Counted from the first letter of the stretch, positions 10,533 through 19,562 are shown. The stretch: DNA of 64,000 nt from Pyrodictiaceae archaeon (GCA_027036135.1 JALVSY010000016.1:192001-256000); one strand, 5' to 3'. Translations and numbers: made by a program. Notes: generated by a model from the letters alone, not told the origin.

Positions 10533-11414
10533 ATGTGGTGCGGGGGGTGGGATTTGAACCCACGCAGGCCTACGCCAGCGGGTCCTCAGCCCGCCCCCTT
10601 TGACCAGACACGTTCAACTCCCTTGGGTAGCTATGTTTCAATCCCTAATGGGTTGCAGCAGGATGAGGGCTCTGATACTGGCGGGGTTGCTGCAACTCTG
10701 CAGGGGTTCCTCGAGTGGTGCAAGAGGCATGCTAGTGATAAGACGTGTACCCAGTACGCTAGAAGGGTTGAGGAGATACTCTCTGGCAGGGCGGGGCCCG
10801 ATAAGAGCAGGTGGCACATCACTGCCTGGAAGCGTTTCAACAAGTGGCTGTGCGAGGAGAGGGGTAGGAGCGAGGCCTGCGAGGAGTATAGGCGGTGGAA
10901 GAGCAGGAGCAGTAGGCCAGACTTCTACGTGCCCAGCCTGGGAGAGGTCAAGGCGGCGCTGGTCTCCGCGGCGGAGCCTTACCGCACCGTGTACAGGGTG
11001 CTAGTGGAGAGCGGGCTAAGACTAACAGAGGCCACTAGGCTGCTCAGAGAGATAGAGGGGCTAAGACTGGTTAGGTTAGACGGGTTCGTGCGGATAGAGC
11101 TCGCCTGGGAACGGGGCACAAAGAAGGCCTTCTGGGCCTACCTGGTCGAGAAGCCGCCCAGGGTCGACGTATCAGCGGAGCAGGTCTCAAAGTACGCTGA
11201 CAGGGAAGACCTACTGCCACCAAAGTATATGAGAAAGTTCGTGGCCACCCAGCTAGCCAACCTAGGCTGCGACATGGACACAATAGACTTCATACAGGGC
11301 AGGACACCGACAAGGATACTAACAAAGCACTACGCAGACCTAACCGCGCGAGCAGACAAGTGCTACAAGCGCTACGCGGAATGGCTACGAAACAGCCTAC
11401 TAGGCTCCCTGTAG
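10533..11414 (+). CDS. SSV1-type tyrosine integrase, C-terminal fragment Int(C)
   Basis: Begins with the att translation WCGGWDLNPRRPTPAGPQPAPFD; catalytic motifs ESGLR, KYMRK, FIQGR, KHY. Confidence 0.9.
   Translation: MWCGGWDLNPRRPTPAGPQPAPFDQTRSTPLGSYVSIPNGLQQDEGSDTGGVAATLQGFLEWCKRHASDKTCTQYARRVEEILSGRAGPDKSRWHITAWKRFNKWLCEERGRSEACEEYRRWKSRSSRPDFYVPSLGEVKAALVSAAEPYRTVYRVLVESGLRLTEATRLLREIEGLRLVRLDGFVRIELAWERGTKKAFWAYLVEKPPRVDVSAEQVSKYADREDLLPPKYMRKFVATQLANLGCDMDTIDFIQGRTPTRILTKHYADLTARADKCYKRYAEWLRNSLLGSL
10534..10605 (-). repeat. att site (partial copy of tRNA-Leu(GAG) lacking its 5' end)
   Basis: Identical to 27454-27525; diverges after TGACC. Confidence 0.95.
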
Positions 11415-11975
11415 GCCCTCTTTGAAGGCTTTTGCGCTTTGCTTTGCTGCCCTGATCGAGGCGATTATCCCGCCCAGCACTAGGAGTGCTAGACCGAGCC
11501 CTATAAGCCCGTCTGCTAGCCCAGAGACTTGTTGCTCGGTCTTAGTTATGCTCTCCTTGTAGTAGAGCGTGGCATGGATACTGGCATACTTGGTCGTCAC
11601 TAGGCTAAAGGCATTGCTTAGGCGGAGCTGGTAGTCCCCAGGGCCTGGCAACAGTATATCTCTCTCAGCGAAGCCAGCTATTCTCTCACTATATACTTTC
11701 TCACCGCCAGAGGTGAGAACAATTACATCGACGTCCTTGTTGCCGCCACTATACACCGTCACTATGACATGGAGACGTGGATCCACGGAGCCAGGCGGCA
11801 CCGTGAAGTCCCAGTAATAATAGTGGCCAGGATCGATGCTGAGCTTGGTATCCGCTATAGTATATTCATGTGGAACCACGATAGTCTTGCGAACCGTCGA
11901 GGGGTTAAGCGTAAAAAACGCGCCAGCAGCTATGAGGAGCAGGCCAAGTATCGCTATCTTAGACTCAGGGCGCAA
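11400..11975 (-). CDS. Membrane protein with a GOLD/emp24-like beta domain between two TM helices
   Basis: N- and C-terminal hydrophobic segments; DVDVIV...PGDYQLRLSNAFSLVTTK. Confidence 0.6.
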   Translation of the reverse strand: MRPESKIAILGLLLIAAGAFFTLNPSTVRKTIVVPHEYTIADTKLSIDPGHYYYWDFTVPPGSVDPRLHVIVTVYSGGNKDVDVIVLTSGGEKVYSERIAGFAERDILLPGPGDYQLRLSNAFSLVTTKYASIHATLYYKESITKTEQQVSGLADGLIGLGLALLVLGGIIASIRAAKQSAKAFKEGLQGA

Positions 11976-12319
11976 AAGAAGAGCACCGATAAGGTGTTAC
12001 TTTTTAAGCAGGTGTGTTAAGCACTGCGCCCAGCCAGGCACATAGAGCAACAAAACAAAATATATAAGACACGCACATCATAATTCACGTATCCATATCA
12101 GTCTCCATGCATCACACAAATCATAATAGGCTAGGCCATTTGGCCGTACTACAGTATATTATTAGATATGAAGATATAAACCTGTCAGGCATTTTAGTTT
12201 ATGTCTTTCCGCGCCGATATAGTAATTCCTCATACTCATGTATTACGCATGATGCTAGGTAGCAATATTATCGCTCTTTAGCCTTAAGTGGTGTTAGCAA
12301 TCACCACGACATACTATGG

Positions 12320-13114
12320 GTGGCTAAGCTGGCGGTACTCATTTTCATAGATGAAAGCGGCAAGCCAGGGCTAAGGGAAGAGGATCCCTTTGTTCTAGCA
12401 GCATTAATAGTACATGAAAGCGTCTTCTTCGACCTCGAGAACGAGGTTTCAGCTATTGTGCAAAGTACTCTAGGTTCTTACGGGCTACCAGGCGTAGAGC
12501 TACACGCCAAGGATTTGATCCAGGGCAAGGGCGACTTTAGAAGCGTACCTGTAACAGCGAGAGTCAATGTCTATAGATCGGTGATCGAAGCCGTCGCCAG
12601 ATACGCCGACGAAGGCTTCGTAAAGGGCATAATCATCGAGACCTATAAGGATTTCGTGACCAGACCATCAGAGGAACAAGCAAGGAAATGCATAGCTAGA
12701 GAAGCTTATCACCTCATGTTAGAGCGTGTTGCCTGGGCACTCTATGACCACCATACAGAGGGCATCGCGCTCTTAGTCATAGATGAGAGCGAGCTAGATA
12801 ATCATATAAGGGACGTGGTTGAGGAAGAAATCCTCAAAGGCAAGTATACATCTAGAGTACCCACATCAAAGAGAATATTGCTCGATCCCGTATTCGCTAG
12901 ATCGCAGCATTATCGTAGCCTACAGGTTACAGACCTCATAGCATACACTGCTCGGAGAGCCGCAACCATGAGAAGAAGAGCACCAACCAATACCGACACA
13001 TATTTCTCAATAAGAGATACCCTAGAGACTATAAAGAAGAGAATCCTGCGAAAGAGTCCCCAAGGCACACTCTATGGATACGGCTACAAGACATGGAATA
13101 TTGTGAGTTGCTAG
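12320..13114 (+). CDS. DUF3800 family protein (RNase H-like acidic motifs)
   Basis: IFIDESG, ELHAKDL, VIDE, S...LQVTDLIAY. Confidence 0.8.
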   Translation: MAKLAVLIFIDESGKPGLREEDPFVLAALIVHESVFFDLENEVSAIVQSTLGSYGLPGVELHAKDLIQGKGDFRSVPVTARVNVYRSVIEAVARYADEGFVKGIIIETYKDFVTRPSEEQARKCIAREAYHLMLERVAWALYDHHTEGIALLVIDESELDNHIRDVVEEEILKGKYTSRVPTSKRILLDPVFARSQHYRSLQVTDLIAYTARRAATMRRRAPTNTDTYFSIRDTLETIKKRILRKSPQGTLYGYGYKTWNIVSC

Positions 13115-13235
13115 AGACCCGCGGGACGGCCGCGGGGGACCGTCCCGCGGGCGGCGGCCGACAGGGACCGCCTGATGGCAGATCTTGCTAGACTTCTCTA
13201 GAACGCTGCTAGGTTTCCCGTAGAAGGGCCTACTA
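13115..13235 (+). ncRNA. Candidate structured RNA immediately 3' of the DUF3800 gene
   Basis: Perfect 12-bp stem 13118-13129/13140-13151 and a second hairpin 13153-13172, both containing CGGCC-GNNN-GG-GA-CCG. Confidence 0.55.
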
Positions 13236-13411
13236 TTACTATCCTCTTTTATTCTCTACCCCTAATCATTATAAAGGGTAATACTGAAAAAGTAATATCA
13301 AAACGCTTCCTCATAAAAATACCCTCGCCCAGCTCTCCTTCTATATGTAACCTGTGTCCACGTCTCCTTAACTATACTCTAGAGTCGATCAGAGCAGAGT
13401 GGAGAGGAGCC

Positions 13412-13582
13412 GTGGGATGCACACAGGCAGAAATCCTAAGACTCTTGACTCTAATAGAGAAGCGGGTAATCCTGGCAGCTAAGGATATGCAGGACTTGAA
13501 GAGGAGATGGCAGGTACTAAAGGCCTCGATTGAGGAGAAATCGCTCGAGGAGCTAGAGAGCCAGCTAGGAGTATTTGTCTAG
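13412..13582 (+). CDS. Small helical hypothetical protein (56 aa)
   Basis: Manual ORF MGCTQAEILRLLTLIEKRV...; SD-like GGAG before GTG. Confidence 0.55.
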   Translation: MGCTQAEILRLLTLIEKRVILAAKDMQDLKRRWQVLKASIEEKSLEELESQLGVFV

Positions 13583-13791
13583 CCGAAGCTTGTTTTTATG
13601 ATTCTTTCCAAGTAATCATAGTTTTCCTTTATTCTTTTTCTAAGATCACGTGCTACGAAGATGAATGATACCATTTCTTCTTCATAAGCGGCTTCTTCTA
13701 GTTCGTCCACCATCTTTAGTGCATTGCCTAGTAGGTTTAAGAGACCTACAGCTACGTTATATGTTCTCGGTGCCTGCGCTATAGCTGACAT
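13579..13791 (-). CDS. Small hypothetical protein
   Basis: ORF with GGTGA SD, coupled to the upstream wHTH gene. Confidence 0.55.
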   Translation of the reverse strand: MSAIAQAPRTYNVAVGLLNLLGNALKMVDELEEAAYEEEMVSFIFVARDLRKRIKENYDYLERIIKTSFG

Positions 13792-13795
13792 GATT

Positions 13796-14062
13796 TCACC
13801 TGTCGCCCTCTACTACTTGGTACATTTGCATTAGGAGCTCTGCTACTTTGCGCCCTTTCTCTGTGAGCCTGTATTTTGGGCTACCGTTGATAATTACTGG
13901 CTCTACGAGGCCTAGTTCTTTGAGGCGCTTCATTATACGGGACGCTGTCGACCCGCCTACTATGCCTCTTGTTTGTAGGTCGTTTGTGTTCATGGGCTCC
14001 TTGTAGAGGGCTAGGATTACGTCCTCTATCTTCTCGCGGGTGCAGAGGCGGAACAAGAGCAT
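13796..14062 (-). CDS. Winged-helix DNA-binding protein
   Basis: STASRIMKRLKELGLV...YRLTEKG. Confidence 0.8.
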   Translation of the reverse strand: MLLFRLCTREKIEDVILALYKEPMNTNDLQTRGIVGGSTASRIMKRLKELGLVEPVIINGSPKYRLTEKGRKVAELLMQMYQVVEGDR

Positions 14063-14071
14063 CCCCGCTTA

Positions 14072-14271
14072 CTATTAGCGGTTAATAGCAATCTATTAAC
14101 TGTAACCCGTTAGCCTTGAGCCTCTCTGCGCGAACACTTAGAAGAGCTGGGTCTATTAAATAACTAATAGCTGTTAATAGGAAATACCGCGATGTTGCTC
14201 TCTAATATATTTAGTATGTATTTCTCTGGGAGAGAGTCTTTCGCTTTCTGTTAGCGGTTTGCGGCTAATAG
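14072..14271. promoter_or_regulatory. Cluster of TAATAG/CTATTA repeats and palindromes (candidate operators or origin)
   Basis: Seven copies between 14072 and 14271, two more at 14738-14750. Confidence 0.45.
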
Positions 14272-14724
14272 CTATTTATTAGAGCTGTACGCGTCTAGAA
14301 AAGCCTCGAGGACTCGGGCCACGAGCTCTGAGCGGTTAAGCCCATGCTTCTTCGCTATCTCGTCTATCTTTTGGATAACCTCGTCAGCCAAGTAGACCGA
14401 GATTACTCTCCTGTAGCCCCTGCGCCTAGGGCTTGTCTGGAATAAGCGACTCAAGTCCCACTCGATCTTGATATGGACTATTTTCTGCTGGGGCTGTTGC
14501 TTCTCTTGTTTCAGCGAGACCTTGCTCTTATTCATAAGCCTGAGTGCTAGTGGCGCTAGCTTTTCGCGCTTAGAGGGCTCTAGCTCTGAGATGTCGACCA
14601 CGTAGTAGTCTCCCCATTCACGGGCCTCGAGCTCTATGCCTAGCTTCCTCATACAATCGATGAAGTCCCTCTTTACTATGAGTGTCTGAGGGTCTAGTGC
14701 GTCTATCACGTATTCTTCGCACAT
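14272..14724 (-). CDS. Protein with a C-terminal ribbon-helix-helix domain
   Basis: RVISVYLADEVIQKIDEIAKKHGLNRSELV. Confidence 0.8.
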   Translation of the reverse strand: MCEEYVIDALDPQTLIVKRDFIDCMRKLGIELEAREWGDYYVVDISELEPSKREKLAPLALRLMNKSKVSLKQEKQQPQQKIVHIKIEWDLSRLFQTSPRRRGYRRVISVYLADEVIQKIDEIAKKHGLNRSELVARVLEAFLDAYSSNK

Positions 14725-14844
14725 TGCGGTTTCCCGCTAATAGATAATAGTGGTATCAGCTTTTTTTAGGTTTGCGGTTAGCGGTAAAGTGCAATATATT
14801 TAAATATTGCCGTTTGCGGTTTACAGTAAACGGAAACCCGCGAG

Positions 14845-15102
14845 GTGAGAAATGTGGAACGCCTACTCCCCGCAAAAATCCAGATCCTAGCTTTTTTGGA
14901 GAAAAATGGCCCAGCCCGCGGAACAAAAATATCAAGAGAACTAGGCATCAGCGTATCAGCAACCTATGCGGCTCTTAGAGAGCTACGTGCTGCAGGCCTA
15001 ATAAAATACGATGAAGTAACAAAGCAGTATGAGATTACCGACAAGGGCAAGGCGGAGCTTGAGAGGATTAGGCGGGAGCTTGCTGTGGGGGTGGTGGCCT
15101 AG
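14845..15102 (+). CDS. Winged-helix DNA-binding protein
   Basis: ISRELGISVSATYAALRELRAAGLI...YEITDKG. Confidence 0.85.
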   Translation: MRNVERLLPAKIQILAFLEKNGPARGTKISRELGISVSATYAALRELRAAGLIKYDEVTKQYEITDKGKAELERIRRELAVGVVA

Positions 15103-15104
15103 CC

Positions 15105-15896
15105 ATGGCTGAGCACGGGGTAAGGTTCTACGCTAGCGCTGCCCCTGGCTGGTGGCCTTACCAGCTGGTATCGCTGGGGAATAGGCGGCTCCCGCCCCGC
15201 AGGATAGGCTACTACAGCGTGCTGGTCGACAACGGGATGTTCGCCTACACCAAGACATCAAAGCAGCCACCCAGCCTCGATAACTGGTATCATCGCTTAC
15301 TGCTCTTCCTGCAGGAGATAGAGCGCCTAAGGAGACCCAAGGAGATCCTAGTCATCCTGCCAGACTGGCTCTACGAGCCCAGCTTCGTCTTGGACGCATT
15401 GGAGCACCCATTGGCTGCGAGGATATGTGCGCGCTACAGGTGCCTAGCCGTGGTGCATAGCGACAACAAGTGGGGCGGTTACCGCGAGGCAGCAGAAGAC
15501 CTTGCCAGCTACCACGACATGCTCTACGGCCTAGCAGCCCCGCTGAAGCTGACATGCTCAAGGTTCAGCATCAAGGCAATGAGGCGGATAATACGCAGAG
15601 AATGCCAGCTAACCATCACGGAGCAGGTCTGCAGCGTGGCTAAGAGATACAAGCTAGCATGTCATGGCCTAGGAGCATTACTGAATCCACAGCACATAGC
15701 GAGGCTAGCGGAGCTAGGGCTTAGCAGCTTCGATAGCAGCTCGTGGACGCGTCCGAACAACTCCGTGATCGCGAAGACCGCTAACTGGTCGGCGAAGACT
15801 AGCACGGAGAAGGAGCGCTTCTTCCAGGCAGTCCTGCAGCGCCTAGGCGCTCACGTAGAACTCACAGGCATAAAGACCGTCGAGGTGATGGCCTAG
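15105..15896 (+). CDS. TGT-fold (queuine tRNA-ribosyltransferase/DpdA-like) protein
   Basis: VLVDNGMF, LPD, VVH, HGLG and SFDSSSW motifs in TGT/DpdA order. Confidence 0.65.
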   Translation: MAEHGVRFYASAAPGWWPYQLVSLGNRRLPPRRIGYYSVLVDNGMFAYTKTSKQPPSLDNWYHRLLLFLQEIERLRRPKEILVILPDWLYEPSFVLDALEHPLAARICARYRCLAVVHSDNKWGGYREAAEDLASYHDMLYGLAAPLKLTCSRFSIKAMRRIIRRECQLTITEQVCSVAKRYKLACHGLGALLNPQHIARLAELGLSSFDSSSWTRPNNSVIAKTANWSAKTSTEKERFFQAVLQRLGAHVELTGIKTVEVMA

Positions 15897-16450
15897 TGTT
15901 CACGAGCATCTACAGGGTCTATGGCGAGAAGGGTAGGCTGGAGATAGAGGCTGTGGGGGACAAGCTGCGGGTAACAGTCATCGATGCTGGCAGGGCCCTT
16001 GACGCCGATGTCAGCGCTGCCAGCTTCTTCGAGGCCCTCTTCAACCTAGTAGTCGACGAGAGCGAGGCCGAGGATACGCGGCTATTGATGCAGAGGCGCT
16101 CGACGTGCTACTATGATGAGAGGTGCAGCGAGCTCTGGGTACCAGACACTAGCCTAGTAGCCCACACGCTCTACGCTCTACGCAGCATCCTAGCCAAGGC
16201 GCCTGCGAGGCCAATCAAGCGCCTCGAGGAAGAATGCAGCGGCGGAGAGGACTGCTACCTGTGGAGCCCCGAGGAAGCAAGGGCAGCAGCCAAGGCAGCG
16301 ATACTCCTAGACCTAGCCGCCATGCTGCTAAGGAGCCCAGAGACCGTAGACAAGCTGCCAAGAGACGTAGACATGCTGGTCAAGGAGCACCAAGGCCCAC
16401 TCATGAAGCTCCTAAAGCAACAAGCAGAAGCCAAGGCCGCCGAGGGATGA
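15896..16450 (+). CDS. Hypothetical protein
   Basis: ORF translationally coupled within the operon. Confidence 0.6.
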   Translation: MFTSIYRVYGEKGRLEIEAVGDKLRVTVIDAGRALDADVSAASFFEALFNLVVDESEAEDTRLLMQRRSTCYYDERCSELWVPDTSLVAHTLYALRSILAKAPARPIKRLEEECSGGEDCYLWSPEEARAAAKAAILLDLAAMLLRSPETVDKLPRDVDMLVKEHQGPLMKLLKQQAEAKAAEG

Positions 16451-16453
16451 GTG

Positions 16454-16627
16454 ATGAGGGTCGTGACGTTCAAGATTGATGAGGATGAGTTGGAGAGGCT
16501 TGACAGCTTTGCACGATTGAAGGGCTGGACAAGGAGCGAGGTAATCAGGAAGGCACTGGATCTCTACCTGAGACTCGAGGAGTACAAGGTGCAGCCACGC
16601 TACAAGATAGTGAGGCTGCTATCATGA
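16454..16627 (+). CDS. Ribbon-helix-helix (CopG-like) protein, 57 aa
   Basis: Manual ORF MRVVTFKIDEDELERLDSFARLKGWTRSEVIRKAL. Confidence 0.85.
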   Translation: MRVVTFKIDEDELERLDSFARLKGWTRSEVIRKALDLYLRLEEYKVQPRYKIVRLLS

Positions 16628-16857
16628 CTGATGTCCTTGTTGCGGCTGCGAGGGACAAGGTGGTCATAACTATTGGCAGGGTCTCTGTGCGGCTCAGCAT
16701 GGCTGAGGCGAGGCTGCTCCACTACAAGCTATCAGCACTACTAGCGACCACGAACAAGGACTACGACAACTACATTGAGGACTGCGAGGTAGCCGACGAG
16801 GACACCGAGGACATTGATGGAAGCATCATAGAAGCAGGAGAATGCATAGAGAGGTGA
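16624..16857 (+). CDS. Small hypothetical protein with acidic C-terminus
   Basis: ATGA overlap with the RHH gene. Confidence 0.55.
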   Translation: MTDVLVAAARDKVVITIGRVSVRLSMAEARLLHYKLSALLATTNKDYDNYIEDCEVADEDTEDIDGSIIEAGECIER

Positions 16858-16864
16858 CGGGGTA

Positions 16865-17224
16865 GTGGTGGCGCAGCTGGATGCCAGTATTAGGGCTGTG
16901 TACGAGCTAGCGGCTTTCAGCGAGACGGAGAAAAAGACATTGAAGCTGATAGCGGAGTATCTGCGCTATCGCAGGGAGAACAGCGAGCCAGACAAGCCAC
17001 CACCCAAGTGCTTCACGTACAAGGGGCTGCGCTGGTACTATAACAAGCAGCGATGGTACAAGACTCTGGAGTGGCACACCGTGGAGCGCAACATTAGGAG
17101 ATTTGCTGAGCTAGGCTGGCTCTCTAGGAGAATATTCGGTACACCCAGGGGCGGCAAGACCGCGCTATTCTGCCTAACAAGCAACCTGGAATACATCTTA
17201 GAGAAGCTGGGGTGGCTGCAGTGA
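16865..17224 (+). CDS. Winged-helix-like DNA-binding protein
   Basis: WHTVERNIRRFAELGWL...FCLT. Confidence 0.6.
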   Translation: MVAQLDASIRAVYELAAFSETEKKTLKLIAEYLRYRRENSEPDKPPPKCFTYKGLRWYYNKQRWYKTLEWHTVERNIRRFAELGWLSRRIFGTPRGGKTALFCLTSNLEYILEKLGWLQ

Positions 17225-17412
17225 CCAGCACCCTTGAGCGCATCTCTCGCGAGAAATGGGTAGAGACCGTGGAGAGGAACCTACGAGACCTAGCAGACCA
17301 GATAAAGGAGCTAGAAGCACTACTGGCACGAATAACAGAGACCTATGGCCGCCTAGCCCTACTAGTAGAGCTAGAGAAGAAGAGAGGTGACCACAGATAC
17401 CCTGGTACATAG
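17212..17412 (+). CDS. Small coiled-coil protein
   Basis: Heptad-like LRDLADQIKELEALLARI. Confidence 0.55.
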   Translation: MAAVTSTLERISREKWVETVERNLRDLADQIKELEALLARITETYGRLALLVELEKKRGDHRYPGT

Positions 17413-17588
17413 TAGTAGTCTACGACGTAGACCAAGTACGCGATGTCCTGAAGTTCCTCAGCAAGCACGGCAGCGTAAAAGCAATAGCTATACTCGCATC
17501 CCTCGAGGACGCCAGGGTCATAGGCGGGCTAAGGGCGAAGACCAGGGCAAAAATAATCAAGGGCTATATGCCTTTGCCCGCTCCATAG
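17397..17588 (+). CDS. Hidden 63-aa ORF with an ATA start (non-canonical or mutated)
   Basis: GAGGTGA SD at 17384-17390, ATA at 17397, then PWYIVVVYDVDQVRDVLKFLSKHG... to TAG 17588. Confidence 0.45.
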   Translation: MPWYIVVVYDVDQVRDVLKFLSKHGSVKAIAILASLEDARVIGGLRAKTRAKIIKGYMPLPAP

Positions 17589-17622
17589 GTTTTGTGTTAG
17601 AAAAGCCTGGGGATAGGTATAA

Positions 17623-18468
17623 TTACTGCTCATCGTCTATGCCTAGTCTCTTCCTAAGCATCTTCACGAGTAGCTGGTCTCCCTCTTCCTCTACTAGGTC
17701 TACTATGTTTCTGAGCTTGCGCCTAGCGTAGCGGCTGTAGGCGTTCCTTATGATGCTGTAGTACTCGTACACAGGGTCTGGGAGATACACGGTGAAGTAG
17801 TCCCTGAACAGTTCTTGGCGCAGAAGCCTATCATCGTATATGCCCTCTATGTTCCTAGCAGCCATTATCACGGCTGTCTTGAGCCTCTTACCCTCATAGG
17901 TCTTTACACCGTGTTTATTCACCCTAGCTATGACCGCGTCCGCGTCCTCACGTATCCTGGGCGGCAGCTTCTTCTTACTAGGCGTTGTCATTATCAACAC
18001 GCTTACATCGGTCCTGGCCACGTCGTACCAGTCCAGTAGTGCCTCTAGGTACCGCCTCATCACTGGGTCGAACCACATATACGTGGAGCCCCAGAGCCCA
18101 GCATCGTCCCAGATGATTATCTCTGCGCCGTGCTCCATCTTCTCCAAGAGGTCGCGTGGAGAGAACACTAGCGCCATGAGGGCTCTCTGGTAGGCCTCGC
18201 CGCACTCCATGTCCTCGGCGCGCATATAGTAGGTGGCCACGGACTTTATGCTATAGGTGCTCTTCCCGCCACCCTTCTTCCCGTAGATTATTACGCCGAG
18301 GAACTCCTTGTCTACGAGGGCCTCGTGCATGAACCTGTGAAAAGCGTAGGGGGTGGCTCTGCACCCTAGCTCGTTCCTCAAGCCCCCTATCTCTTCCCAG
18401 AGGTCTGCGAGCCTCTCCTTCTGCTCCTCGCTTAGCTGGCTAAATATCTCCAGGGCTTGCATCTCCAC
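17623..18468 (-). CDS. P-loop ATPase, fusellovirus B251-like
   Basis: IYGKKGGGKSTY (Walker A), IIIWDDAGLWGSTYMW (Walker B), MTTP. Confidence 0.75.
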   Translation of the reverse strand: MEMQALEIFSQLSEEQKERLADLWEEIGGLRNELGCRATPYAFHRFMHEALVDKEFLGVIIYGKKGGGKSTYSIKSVATYYMRAEDMECGEAYQRALMALVFSPRDLLEKMEHGAEIIIWDDAGLWGSTYMWFDPVMRRYLEALLDWYDVARTDVSVLIMTTPSKKKLPPRIREDADAVIARVNKHGVKTYEGKRLKTAVIMAARNIEGIYDDRLLRQELFRDYFTVYLPDPVYEYYSIIRNAYSRYARRKLRNIVDLVEEEGDQLLVKMLRKRLGIDDEQ

Positions 18469-18778
18469 CCACCAGTGTCTCCCTCTTCCTTATCAATAGT
18501 CCCAGCTTGTCGAGGACGCCTATGGCCTCAGCAACCCAGTTATCGAGGTCTCTTAGACTATAGCCCTTGGGGTCTGGCAGCCTCTGCCTAGCCCTAGGCG
18601 GTAACAACATGTATAGAGTATATACTGTCGACCTATACTCCGCGAGCCTGCGCTCATACTCAGCCCTCATCACTTTGCCATGTAGCTTACTCCTAGCCTC
18701 GGCTATCCTGTCAAGCTGGCGCGCAAGAGCCCAAGTATAATCAATTGTCTCCCTGTAGCGCTCCTGTACGTAGCTCAT
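18440..18778 (-). CDS. Hypothetical protein
   Basis: ORF coupled to the ATPase. Confidence 0.6.
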   Translation of the reverse strand: MSYVQERYRETIDYTWALARQLDRIAEARSKLHGKVMRAEYERRLAEYRSTVYTLYMLLPPRARQRLPDPKGYSLRDLDNWVAEAIGVLDKLGLLIRKRETLVGGDASPGDI

Positions 18779-19080
18779 CTCTTCCTCTCCCTCATCCTCT
18801 TAAGCCTCTTCTTAGCCTGCTCTATCTCCCTGTAGGCCTTGCGCTTCCCACGGAACTTCTTATCCTTCTTCACTACGAGCTTCAATAGGTTAAGCCTGCT
18901 CATCGCTGTGCGATAGCTTATCCTACCGCTCTTGTAGTCCTCTATGACGGCGTTAGTGATTCCCTTGACCTCTTTCGGGTTGTCTAGGCCTGGCTTACCC
19001 GTGTCCTTGACGCGGTGCCCTAGGTAGACTGTCCTGCGCCCCGTCCTCGGGTCGCGGAGCCGTATCCTCTTCCTCGCCAC
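18775..19080 (-). CDS. Highly basic small protein (candidate nucleic-acid-binding/nucleocapsid protein)
   Basis: Very K/R-rich 101 aa; in an operon with the ATPase. Confidence 0.6.
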   Translation of the reverse strand: MARKRIRLRDPRTGRRTVYLGHRVKDTGKPGLDNPKEVKGITNAVIEDYKSGRISYRTAMSRLNLLKLVVKKDKKFRGKRKAYREIEQAKKRLKRMRERKR

Positions 19081-19117
19081 GGCTCATCGCCTGTGCCTCT
19101 TGTGATGCCTACGGTGC

Positions 19118-19489
19118 CTACTCCTGTGACTCCTCTTCCTTCTCACCCGTATCCACCTCTGCTATCTGTGAGTCAGAGACCACGAGCTTACGGCTCGAGG
19201 AAACATAGGCTCGTAGGAGCTCGGGCCTCATGGTTGGTGGCATGGGCTCGCTGCCTGGGTTCTTGCCCTTAAGGCTCGCCAGCAGCATTCGGCGCTTCCA
19301 CCTAGCGATCTCCCTTGCTAGGAGAGGATCTAGCTTGTCAAGGTAGACTGCTATGTCCGCGCCCTTCGCTATGCTCTCCTGCAATACCTCTCTTGCTTCC
19401 ACGAGGCTTCCTCTGCCCAGGAGATAGGTATATTCATGTAGTTTCACACACCGCTCACCCCAGGGTCTTTCAGTTCTGGTTAGGAGCAT
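19118..19489 (-). CDS. Hypothetical protein
   Basis: ORF heading the minus-strand operon. Confidence 0.5.
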   Translation of the reverse strand: MLLTRTERPWGERCVKLHEYTYLLGRGSLVEAREVLQESIAKGADIAVYLDKLDPLLAREIARWKRRMLLASLKGKNPGSEPMPPTMRPELLRAYVSSSRKLVVSDSQIAEVDTGEKEEESQE

Positions 19490-19509
19490 GTGGCTCTGGA
19501 TGTACTTCT

Positions 19510-19562
19510 ACCCCTTCATTGAAGGGTCTCATTAACTGCATGAACCCCTATCGTGAAGGGGT
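19510..19562. promoter_or_regulatory. Paired palindromic operator-like sites CCCCTTC-N3-GAAGGGG
   Basis: ACCCCTTCATTGAAGGGT (19510-19527) and ACCCCTATCGTGAAGGGGT (19544-19562); perfect copy at 25081-25097. Confidence 0.55.

Noticed and set aside
17387-17731. Called 114-aa ORF
   Set aside because: Unprotein-like composition, overlaps the ATPase 3' end, and an alternative frame is more plausible
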